Source: Octopus sinensis (taxonomy: Eukaryota). From it: a DNA stretch of 64,000 nt. Below are positions 39,131-50,085 of this stretch, piece by piece. The position numbers were made by a program, and so were the translations under genes. The notes beneath the pieces were generated by a model. It did not search any database. It was given only the letters and a program-made list of their open reading frames with translations, and had not been told where the DNA came from. The number at the start of each line of letters is the position of its first letter. Within the stretch, counting starts at the first letter, position 1. The DNA is taken from NCBI RefSeq assembly GCF_006345805.1, contig NC_042999.1, positions 144,522,001-144,586,000 on the forward strand, given 5' to 3'.

Positions 39131-39344
39131 TATATACCTACATGTATACATACACACATATAGTATAGGTGCGTGCCTGGCTGGGTGCCTAAGAAGTTTG
39201 CTTTGTAACTATGTAGTTCCAAATTCAATCTCATTGTGTCATTTTGTAGCACCTCAGCAAGTGTCTTCTGCACTAGCCTCAACCAATAACTTGTGAATGA
39301 AATTTGGTACAGAAGTCTTATGTGTAAATGTGTATATGTTTACA

Positions 39345-40115
39345 GATGACTATGAAGCTGCTAGAATAAGAATAGGCTGGGCAAAGTTCAGAGAGCTTTT
39401 ACCTTTATTGGTAACAAAGGGCCTCGCTCTCAAAATGAAGGGCTGATTGTATGATGCCTGTGTGCGAACAGCTATGTTACACAGCAGAGAAATGTGGGCT
39501 GTGACCGCAGAAGACATGCAAAGGCTTGAAAGAAATTAAGCTAGTATGCTTCGCTGGATGTGCAATGTCAATGTGCCTGTACGACAGAGTGCATGTGTCT
39601 TGTGAGAAAAACTGGGTATAAGGGGCATCAGATGTGGTGTGCAAGAGAGACAACGATGGTGGTATAGTCATGTGATGCATATGGATGAAGACAGCTGTGT
39701 AAAGAAGTGCTGATCTCTAACTGTGTGGGGAGCCTGTAGATGAGGTAGACCCAGGAAGGCATGGGACAAGGTGGTGAAGCATGATTTTTGAATGTTGGGC
39801 CTCACAGAGGCAATGACAAGTGACCGAGACCTTTGGCAATATGCTGTGCTTGAGAAGACTCATCAAGCCAAGTGAAATTGTAATCAAGGCCAATGCCAGT
39901 GTCATGTAACTGGCACCTGAGCCAGTGGTGCATAGAAGCTCCCATTATACTCTTGGAGTGGTTGGCATTAAGAAGGACATCCAGCCATAGAAGGCATGCC
40001 AAATCAGACTGGAACCTGGTGCAGGTCTCTTGTTTACTAGTTCCAGTCAAACCATCTAACCCTTGCCAACATGGAAAGCAGACACTAAATACTGCTGCTG
40101 ATGATGATGATGATA
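39345..40115 (+). mobile_element. RTE-clade LINE 3' fragment
   Basis: ARIRIGWAKFRELLPLLVTKGLALKMKG*LYDACVRTAMLHS; shares the 3' tail and (GAT)n of the other RTE copies. Confidence 0.87.
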
Positions 40116-40131
40116 TATATATATATATATA

Positions 40132-40664
40132 TCATCGTCATTCAACATTCGTTGTCCATGCTGGCATGGGTAGAACAGTTTGACCAGGCCTGGAAGGCTG
40201 CACCAGTTTCCAGTCTGATTTGGCATGCTCTAGGGCTGGATGCCCTTCCTAATGCCAACCACTCCAAAAGTGTAATGGGTGCTTTATGTGCCACAACTAT
40301 GGTTTTACTTGGCTTGATGGGTCTTCTTCTCAAGCATGGCATAATGCCAAAGGTCTTGGTTATTCATCATTGCCACCAGCATCAGCCACCTTGCTTTTGT
40401 GAGGCCCAGTGCTCAAAAGGTGTGTGTTACATGCCATTTGCATGACACCAGTATCTTCCACAATTACGATTTCACTTAGCTTGATAGGTCTTCCCAAGCA
40501 CAGCATATCGCGAAAGGTTTTGGTCACTAGTCATTGCCTCCGTGAGGCCCAAAGTTTGTAGATCATGTTTCATCAACTCAACCCATGTCTTTCTGGGTCT
40601 CCTTGTACCACAGGTTCCCTCTATAGTTAGAGATTGACACTTCTTTACACAGCTGTCTTCAGCC

Positions 40665-40665
<1 letters not shown>
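40132..40665 (-). mobile_element. RTE-clade LINE 3' fragment, inverted relative to its neighbour
   Basis: ORF 40472-40759 contains EDSCVKKCQSLTIEGTCGTRRPRKTWVELMKHDL. The tail begins ATCATCGTCATT on the + strand. Confidence 0.85.
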
Positions 40666-40703
<38 letters not shown>

Positions 40704-40844
40704 ATATATATATATATATAGTTATATAAGACAAATAAGAAAATGGAGAGGATAAACAATTGACAAACATCAGCCTCTAAACATTCAATTATATCTATTT
40801 ATTAAGTGAGTTTATTTATTTATATATGAGTGTACAGATGCTAA

Positions 40845-40978
40845 ACTCTTACAGCCGTTTCTACCATGAGGTATCCAAATCTTCCAGGTTATCCTCATCA
40901 TGTCAGTGATATACAGGGATGAACAAACATTGGACAGGCATTAAACAATGGTTGATCCCCAAGGCTTCGTCAAAGAGT
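40845..40978 (-). ncRNA. Degenerate hammerhead ribozyme fold with expanded stem II
   Basis: Minus strand reads ACUCU-UUGACGA-AGCCUUGGGG…(~85 nt)…CCUCAUGGU-A-GAAA-C-GGCU-G-UA-AGAGU. Stem I is a perfect 5 bp; the core has a C3->U change. Confidence 0.5.
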
Positions 40979-41149
40979 CCAAATGTTAGGAAACTAACTT
41001 GTGGGGAAAGTAAGTTAAAATAATAGAGTAGGGTAAAATAAAATAAAAATAATGTAATAGACATAGTAAGGAATGGTAAAAACTTCATTATATTTATTAT
41101 ATATGTATATATAACAAAGCTCTTACCATTATAACCTTAGCTTATAAGG

Positions 41150-41345
41150 AAAAGTATTATATTCTTTTTACTATAGGTACAAGGTTTTGAATTTTGAGGG
41201 AGGGAACTAGTTGATTACATTGACCCCAGTGTTTGACTGGTACTTATTTTACCAACCCTGAAAAAAATCAAAGGTTAAGTCGACCTTGACAGCATTTGAA
41301 CTTAGAATTTTATTCAGCATGCTAACTATTGTACCAGTTTGCCAA
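41150..41345 (-). mobile_element. SINE family A copy
   Basis: GATTACATTGACCCCAGTGTTTGACTGGTACTTATTTT…AAGTCGACCTTG…ATTTGAACTTAG is the reverse complement of the family A core. Confidence 0.75.
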
Positions 41346-41993
41346 TTTAAGTCTACTTATTTATATTGAGTGTTTTTATTTATTGTTTGTACACTCAAAT
41401 GTGTATAATGTACGCACGTGTGTATCCACACAACCCCACACCCACACAGACACTATGACAATGACTATACAGTCATAATGACTGTGAATAAACTGCTATA
41501 AATACACTTTTAGCTTCATATTTTGATCATTAGCAATAGTTGTATATATTTACTTATTTCAACATGTTTCCTTGACAACGCATGAAAACAAAATGTAGAG
41601 CACACATAAGGAGGAGTATGAGGGAGGGGAAGAGCAATTATTTGTCCAATTAATTTACTACCAAATACTTGATATCCTCTCACCTTCAGCTATTCCCCCT
41701 TCCTGCCACCACCTCGGCACAACTTTAGTCAAGTCTTATTTTTGCTCCTCTCACTTTAAATATTTCAGTAATTGAGCATATGTATGATTGTATTTGTGTG
41801 TTTGTGTGAGTTTATGTGGGTGGATAGAGATTGTGTGTGTACATATATATAATATGTGTGGGAGTATGTATATCTGTCTATATTAGTTTTTTTTATGTTT
41901 AGTTATAAATAAAAACAGTTTAACATTAAGCTGAATTAAGCTGTAAAAGTTAACAAGCATATATATTTGAAAACATGTCTATGAATGCATATA

Positions 41994-42755
41994 CAGGGTG
42001 CAGTGAATAAACTGTCATCTAAATTGTGCAAAAATGAAAATAACACTGACATCTCATTTTAACTGATATATTTACCAAAATTACATAAAAATATCTTGAA
42101 ATACTAAAGAGTAAAATTTATTCAATAAAATCGCCATTGGCTTTAACCACAGTCTCACTTCGGAATCTTTTGTTACTTTTCCAGATGAATCCTTGCCTTT
42201 AGTTCATCTTTGGTGTTACAAGGAGTTGTGGTAGTCTCTCGCTCAAATGCACCGCACACATAATAATCAAGGGGGTTGCAGTCTGGGAAGTTAGGTGGCC
42301 AAATGTTAGGGGTGGTGTGGTTGCAGAAATTGTCTGATAGCCATGACTGGGTTCTCCTGCTTGTATGGCATTGTGCAGTCCTGTTGCCAGACATAGGGTC
42401 TTCCAGCAGCCACCCTCTTGACCTAGGGCAGCACTACCTTTTCCTGGCACTTGATGTAGGCCTCCGTGTTGAATCTGAGGCCGTATGGGAAGATGAATAG
42501 AGGCGTGACGTCGCCATCACTAGTGATCACTCCTAACACCATGATGTTGACTGGATGTTCTTCCAGCACGAATGCCAAGCTACAGCATGCCATTTCCAAA
42601 TTTCTGGCAAAGTGAATTGCATCATGATGCAGTTTCTCACAGACAGTGCCCAACTGACCCTACTATACTGTGTAGTCAACAAAATTAAAAACAAACAATG
42701 CACATGCATGAAATTAAAAATATAAAATGACAACAATTTACCCATCGCACTCAGA
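41994..42755 (-). mobile_element. Tc1/mariner DD37D (maT-type) internally deleted element
   Basis: TA-CAGGGTGCAGTGAATAAACTGTCAT left end with a degenerate right end. Remnants HPVNIMVLGVITSDG…FIFP and YVWQQD…WPPNFPDCNPLDY, with 37 residues between the Asp after one frameshift. Confidence 0.85.
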
Positions 42756-43029
42756 GTGTTTAATATGTATAATAGACTGAAATATATATAACTGTACAGT
42801 GCATTGGTCATATTACATTGCAGCTCAATTTCATACCTAAGGTTGCTATGTATAAAAGTTCAAACTTTTACTCTAATATCAGCACTATATATGAATTGTT
42901 ACACTTTTCGTGTAAAGTTTTTGGTATTTAGAAATATTGAATTTCTAAATGTCTAAATTTTGAAAATATGTAAGGGGCATAACTCATTGCATCATAATAT
43001 TTAATGTTAAGAATCAATTGAAATTATGA

Positions 43030-44900
43030 AAGTATCAATCAATAAGGATTGATAATATAAATAATACACTGTGGAGATAGAGAGTATTTCACAGTGAGTA
43101 GAGGACGAGAGTGTGAGTGTTCCAAGTAAATAGTAAAGTATTGATCTATTCAATCATTCAGTTTACTGAAAGGCGAGTCCAGAGGAAGTCCTGACAACTG
43201 GTGAGATTAATGTTGTAGGTCAACTCCTGTAGAAAAGACATGAGGAGGGAAAAGATTCCAGAAGGAGAACGAAGGACTAGGCCAGTATTGGGAAAGCAGG
43301 ATTAGATGCAACAAGAGTGACAAGAGGTGTAGAGTGGGTGAAATAACTGAGTGGTGGAGGTATGAGACCACCCAGCTCAAAGCAGAGGTCATTATAGTAG
43401 TGACAGAAATGACAAAAAGACAAGACAGCATGCCTATGACTAGTGAATAGAGTGTGTGTGCATTAGTATACCAATCAGCTAAGTGGCTCTTCTCTATCCA
43501 GGATGTCAGTGTGCATAGCAGCAACATTATTCAAAATGTGGCCACAGTGCTCCATTGTTGGATTCATTTGAGTCTTGTAAAGTATGAACAACTATTGGGG
43601 AATGAAAAATTTTCTGCCCTAAATAGAAAGGTTAGCTATGCAACTGATGTGTTTGTATCAGGAGAGATCCTCAGTGATAGTGAGGCCCTGTATTTGATGC
43701 AACTCTGAAGGTACTAACTGAGTTTCTCCCATGTGTGAGGTGGGGTGCCAGGCTGTTTTATTTATAGGAGTACTGCTTTAACACTTGAGAAGGGTTTTTT
43801 TTTCTAATAAAAGAGACAGAATTGGCATGGCCTCACTGGAGAATGCTCTCAAGGTCTCCATTTAAAGAATCAATGTTAACTTGGTGTGTTGTATCTAAGT
43901 TGCATATGGAAGATGCATGCTGAGGGAGGAATGGTTATGCCATCTACATAGCAGTGAACATTGTTGGATGTGGCAGTAATCAGGTCATTGATGTCTAGAA
44001 GGAAGAGTTGGGGACAGAACCAAACCCTAGGGAACACCAGAATTGATTGAGAGATGAGCAGAAAGAGCTCTGTCAACACATTCTGCAATGGTATGATAGG
44101 AATACAATAGGAAACTACAGATCTAAAAGATGAGAGGTGGAGCTTGTGGGTGGGAACCTTTGGTTGGAGTTTTGCATGCCAGACAGTCAAAAACTTTACT
44201 GATTTCTCTAAAACAAGAGCCCACTGATGAATAACATAAGAGGATATGGCTCTGTGGAAACCATGCTGGTGGTCACTGAGGAGAGAGAGAGATTCAAAGT
44301 AATGTAGAATGTCATTGTTAATGGATGTTTCCATTACTTTACTCTCATTCTAGCATCTTCACTACTTTGAGATGTTAGAAGTGAGAATATTGAGGTGATA
44401 ATTGACTGGATTAGAGAAGTTGCCTTTCTTTGAAATGGGACACATTGAAGCATATTTCTAATTGTCGGAGTATATCACTGTAGAAATTGAGAAATTAATA
44501 AGTTTGATAAGTATGGGAGCATGTTCTTGAGTGCATTGCTTAAGTGTAATGGAAAGGACATTGTCAGTCTGTGACCTTGTTTTTGAGCAGGGTAGAGAAA
44601 CCTATTGGAGTGGAAGAAGGTAAATTTAGAGACAAATACCCCAGGGGCTACAGTGCAGAGTTTGATGTAAAGGTGGTTGCGTTCTCCATGAGGGTACTTA
44701 GGGAGCCATCATTGTTTAAAAGAGGAAAGAGAACTGCAAAGTTGGTGGAGATCCTTTTGGAAAGGAACTAGAAGAATCAGCTGTAGTTTAGAAGGCAGGA
44801 AACGACTACAAGGACTTTTGTTTTGTGGGAGATGTGAACTGTCTAGGAGTGAACCACATGTATTGCCAGGAATAATTGACATATAACTGGCAGAGCCCAA
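43030..44900 (-). mobile_element. CR1/Jockey-group LINE (CR1-Zenon-like) RT fragment, heavily decayed
   Basis: ORF 43876-44334 reads METSINNDILHYFESLSLLSDHQHGF…LFLLDINDL…NVHCYVD, with a GVP*G (GVPQG) motif in another frame and an upstream SNPVNYHLNIL (NYRPISL-like) motif. Confidence 0.75.
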
Positions 44901-45900
44901 CCAATTAGATGTTTTGTGTTATTTTCCAGTATTTCAGTAGATATTTATCAAAATAGCAATATTTGGTGATGATTTTTGACTGACACATAAATATGGGCAT
45001 TTATTAAGTTTGTTTAGTTATCTGGGCTCTTTTCCACTTGTATAACCCTACCATTCTTTGTAACATTTCTGGGTGGTCTGTCTCTCTTGATGAAGTTCCA
45101 CTTTATATTGAATGCAATAGCATGTCCTTTCAAATTCTGGGTATTTGTTTTATAAAAACATACTTGTATGCATGTGCATGTGTGAAAATATATGTGCATG
45201 TCTTTGTAAGTGTTTGTGTGGGCATACACACACACAAACATTCTAACATGCTGGATTGGAAGACAGGAGAGCTTTTAAATTTTCCATTTACCAAAGCTAT
45301 GTGGTGTTTATGCATATTTAAACTTGGTTTGTTACAGGTGAATTTTACCTCACAGATTATCATGCACACATGCACATTTTGATATATATGCCTATATATG
45401 TATAGTATGTGTATATTTGTGGGATGAATAATAATCATCATCATTTTAACATCTACTTTACTATGTTTGCATGGTTCAGATGGAATTCATTGAGATAGAT
45501 TTTATACAAACAGATGCCTTTCCTCATCTGTTTCCAAGTAAGGTAATATTTCCCCCCTGCTTGAACATGTTTTCTCAGACAGCACTTGTATGGTAATAAC
45601 ACTTGCTTACAACTATCATGTGATCTGAAGACAAATATTTGCACACAATACATATTTATAACAGGTTTCTTTTAGTTTTTATTTATCAAATCTACCCACA
45701 AGACTTTGGTCTGTCTGGGCTATAGTAGAAGACACTTGAACACTTGTCCAATGTGCCACACAGTGGGACTGAACCTGAAACTATGTAGTTGAAAAACAAA
45801 CTTTTTAACCACACAACCTTGTTGCACATGAACATGTACATTCATGTATACCAAATTTCCTGTATAACCACTCATGAACATACATGCATGCACACATTAC

Positions 45901-46204
45901 TTAATTATTTCTACAGGGTTGATCAATCCTTTAGAAATGGAAGATAAAAATCTCCTAAACCTGAATGACATATTGTTTCAGAGAGGTAGACATCTTACCT
46001 CTTCAACACACAGCACTCCTCCCCAAATCCTTCACAGGCTTCAATGTAATAGGTGGGTCAATATAGTACAATAATCTTTTCCTAAGTGATGATATGTGTT
46101 GAAGAGGTGAGATATCTACCTCTCTGAAACAATATGTCATTCAGGTTTAGGAGATTTTTATCTTCCATTTCTAGAGGATTGATCAACCCAGTAGAAGTAA
46201 TTAA
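45901..46204. repeat. Long inverted repeat / foldback (MITE-like): 110-bp arms, 84-nt spacer
   Basis: 45901-46010 versus the reverse complement of 46095-46204 differ at about 5 positions. The outer ends are TTAA on both sides. Confidence 0.93.
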
Positions 46205-46719
46205 ATCACCTTTAAAAGAAAAGAAAGGCTACATTATATAGTCCAAGATAACAAATAGTATGGCCACCAACTCTTTGATCATGGGCCTACTTTAACACAT
46301 TTACCCAGGGTTAAACAACAACAACTTTCTTGAAAAGAAAATAGCTATATTGACATAGTGATTGTCAAACGATGTGAGTGGGGGAGGGTAGTCTTTGAAT
46401 TTTCTAAACATAGTGTCAGAGGTGGGAGTTGGGTCTATTGCTGGGGTATAGTGAGAGTGAGCTGTGGACTGGGGTTCATAAAGTAAATACATTAACCACC
46501 ACCACACCAGCTTAGGTCACCCTTACTACTAACTACTATCTCTGCCTTTGACAGAAATTCAAAGTGGCAGTAGTGGAACAATGGGAAGGGTACGGGGTGA
46601 CAATGATAATGATGATTAACCTTATAACATTCTTCAATCCATATGGGTGAGGTGGTAAGTAGATGTTACTAAATTTATTGACATTTTGCGAAAAATAGTG
46701 ACATCTCCCTTCTCTCACC

Positions 46720-46816
<97 letters not shown>
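46720..46816. repeat. (CT)n microsatellite
   Basis: Directly visible. Confidence 0.95.
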
Positions 46817-46818
<2 letters not shown>

Positions 46819-47229
46819 CATAGTGTTTATTCACCAATACTTAAATTCACAAGTACACAACAAACATTAAATACATATAGTGCAATAAACACATATGAAT
46901 ATATATTCATATACATACATGCACAAATTGTAACTTGCCGTTAGTATAATATATAGAAATACTATCTACATTGAATTTTACAGCTGATAGTATAAACATG
47001 ATAAAGAAGTTGATGGTGTTGTTGCTGTAAACAGAAAGAAATCGTAAGACATTACCAACCTCAAATATGGAAGCTAAAAATAATTGTCCCTTAAGTCCAA
47101 GAAAGGGGGTAAGAGAGCAAGATACTGGTTTCTTAGTATGAAGCAAATGAGAAATATCTCTCAGCCTCTGGTTATGACACCAGCTTGTCATAAGTAACAT
47201 TCCCAAATGATCTGGTGCTTTACTTCTTG

Positions 47230-47472
47230 TTGATATCTTTGTAGACTGGTTTGTGGTATCCATGTGAACTGAGTTGATTGGGTGAGGTCAACAAGGTGGA
47301 CACTGGTCATGTTAACTGGGTTGACTAGGCTGTGGCAACTGGGTTGACTAGTTAGTGGAAACTGAATGGAATGAGTTGTAGCAGCAGAGTGGACTGGATA
47401 ATGGAAACTAGGTGACCTTGGTCATGTCATCCAGGCAGACTAGATTGACTGGGTTGTGACATCTGGGTGACC
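47230..47472. repeat. Degenerate 23-bp minisatellite (~9 units)
   Basis: Minus-strand units GATGTCACAACCCAGTCAATCTA, GTTTCCACTAACTAGTCAACCCA, GTTGCCACAGCCTAGTCAACCCA, GTTGACCTCACCCAATCAACTCA and others, with two 9-nt spacers. Confidence 0.75.
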
Positions 47473-50085
47473 TGAGGTATGTAAATGAAATTATTCTGCT
47501 CAGAAACAATGAAATTCCATTAGCCAACTTGAAATGAAGCTAGATCATATAAGCTGGCAGTCTAGACTAATAAAACATCACAACACCCATTTAATCAATT
47601 CACTTCTATAGTGTCACAACACTATAACAATGAACTGTACCTATACATAGTGCCTGGTTTGCTTCTTTTTTTTTAAGACATTACAATCACAGACTGTTAA
47701 CTAGGAAAGAGACAGTACAATTTGTTTAATATTCAGTCACATGTGTGCAATATAGTTTTGTGGCTGTTGTCAATTGAGATGGTGGTTATGGTGATACCAT
47801 TTGTTTGCCCTCTGGGTAAATAAAATAAATACCAGTCAAATATTGGTGTTAATTCAGTTGGCTGTATTATGTGCCATTGTAAAAAAATCTTTGTTATTGC
47901 CCTTGTTCACTTTCCAATCATGTGATTTCCAATTCTATCCTATGGCATGACATTTCAGGCAAATGTCTTCTACTATGACCACATGTTGGTCAAAACTTTG
48001 TAAGTGAATTTGGTTGTCAAAAACTGAAAGAAGTTTGGTGTGTGTCCATCTTTGTCTTGACATTACTCACTAGATATAAATGAGGTCCCATGTTTTTAAT
48101 CTTTGATGAAAATATGTCTGGCTATGGGGAAATATTACCTGCTTGAAAACAGGTCAGGGTTGGTGACGGGGAAGACATCCAACCATATGAAATTAGCCTC
48201 AACCAATCCCATCTGACTCATGCAAGAGTGAAAAAGTGAATTTTAAAATAATGCTAAGGATGATGTTAGCTAATCTTATATCTGTAGAGTTACTTGATTG
48301 ACCCTAGATGGTGGTCCTTATCTTGGAACTTTGCTATACTTTGTGAACTTTCCATTTTATTTTAGTTGATTTCAGTGCAATCCCCTGTGCTTTCTGTAAA
48401 CTATCCCTGAAATGCCTCCCCACTACTTGTCCAACACCCTTTTGGCAATAAAAAGATTGATGACATATTTTCTGCAGTTTGCATGCAAGCTTGTACTGCA
48501 CTTCTACAAGACCCATATGTTCCTAAGGTGTCTGCAGCATTGTCTTTTGGGAATGTGGAACTGTGTTTGTATACTACATCTGTTTTGATTATTTTGTAAG
48601 GTTTGTTTAGTATATCTGATGTTACTTTTAGTGTTCCATCTGCTTTTGTTGAAAACATGCTGAGTTGTGTTATTTTGATGGAAAGTAATTATGTAGACAA
48701 TGTTGTAGTGGTGTGTGATATGTGTTATAGTGTCAGGTGTTGATTATGTAAGCATATGTGGTGTGATATTGTGTAGAAACGTGCTATGTGGATTATTTAT
48801 TTACTGCTGGAATGTGCTTTAAAAAGTGCAGGGACTAGTTACCTTTTGGGTTGTCTTAGATCAAGATCTCTAAACAACTCTGTAATATAGCATCTCATTG
48901 TTTTGAAGTGGAACATTTTATTCTTTGTTGCCTCAGTTCACTTAGCTGTCAGTAATAGGTGCTAGATCATTTGAGAATGTTACCAATGATAGACTAGCTT
49001 CCTATCCACTTGGAAAAGTATTTCTCATTTCTTCACACCATAAAACTGGGGCTAAACTTCCAGCTCTTGCTCAAGCTGTTGAAATACCAATAATAAAACA
49101 AGTTGAAATGCTTGTTGCCTACTTCATCTTTATCACCCTATTGATCTTTGTCCAACCTGTAGCAGCATGGAAAAATGGATATTAAAACAATGAAGACTGT
49201 TGTTAAATAACCAGATCAACATATTACCTATTAGAAAACATAGTTAATTCTCAAAACAGTACTGCAACCTCTTATGTTTTTAATTATTCTGCATTGCAAA
49301 TTGAATTACTTTTGTTTGAGAATGGACAGCATCTTCTATTTTTTGTAGGATTTCAAAAGAAATTTCATTTTTCACTGGTGCTAGGAATATTAAACTACTA
49401 TGCTTCCATTTAATTCTGTTCCTTTGTTAGAAAGAAAAAGAATACAGTTGTAATATATGTTGCAAATGATTTGTACATAATCAGTCTTTGTATTTCTACT
49501 TGTAACTATATTTATTCTTTGACTCTGCTCCTACTCCCATCCTATCTCTCAGTTGCAGTAGTCTGTAACTGAAACTACTTGTGAAAATAAATCAACAAAT
49601 CTTTTTAGACATTCTTGCCAACACCACTAAATTCATTGATATTATTCAAAATTTAACATGTTTTCCTTGGCATTGTAATAGTTATAAATGCAAAATAGTA
49701 AGTCTACATTTTTATTTAATTATTTCTGGATGCAAGAGAGATGCTTATGCCAGTTGATGCTGTGTAATTAGAATGCTGAGCAAAAGAAACATATGGGTTT
49801 GTTATTATCAGGTAGTCCAGGTCAGCTTAGCTCGAGTTTAACCAAAGTATTTAATCAGCATATATCTATGTCTAGCCAGCTCACTTTTAATGTGAACTTG
49901 ATGATTTAAAATTTAACACTTTAAAATAAGTGGTCTACATTTTAAAGATAGTAGGATGATTGTAGGGAAAGATTTGTGAGCTGATAGTCAAGTAACTATT
50001 TAAAAGCTCCTTTGCTGGCAAAACAGCTGCAGTTCAGGCAAACCAAAGATGTGATTTTTGAAAGCTAAACCTTGTAGTTAACTAT

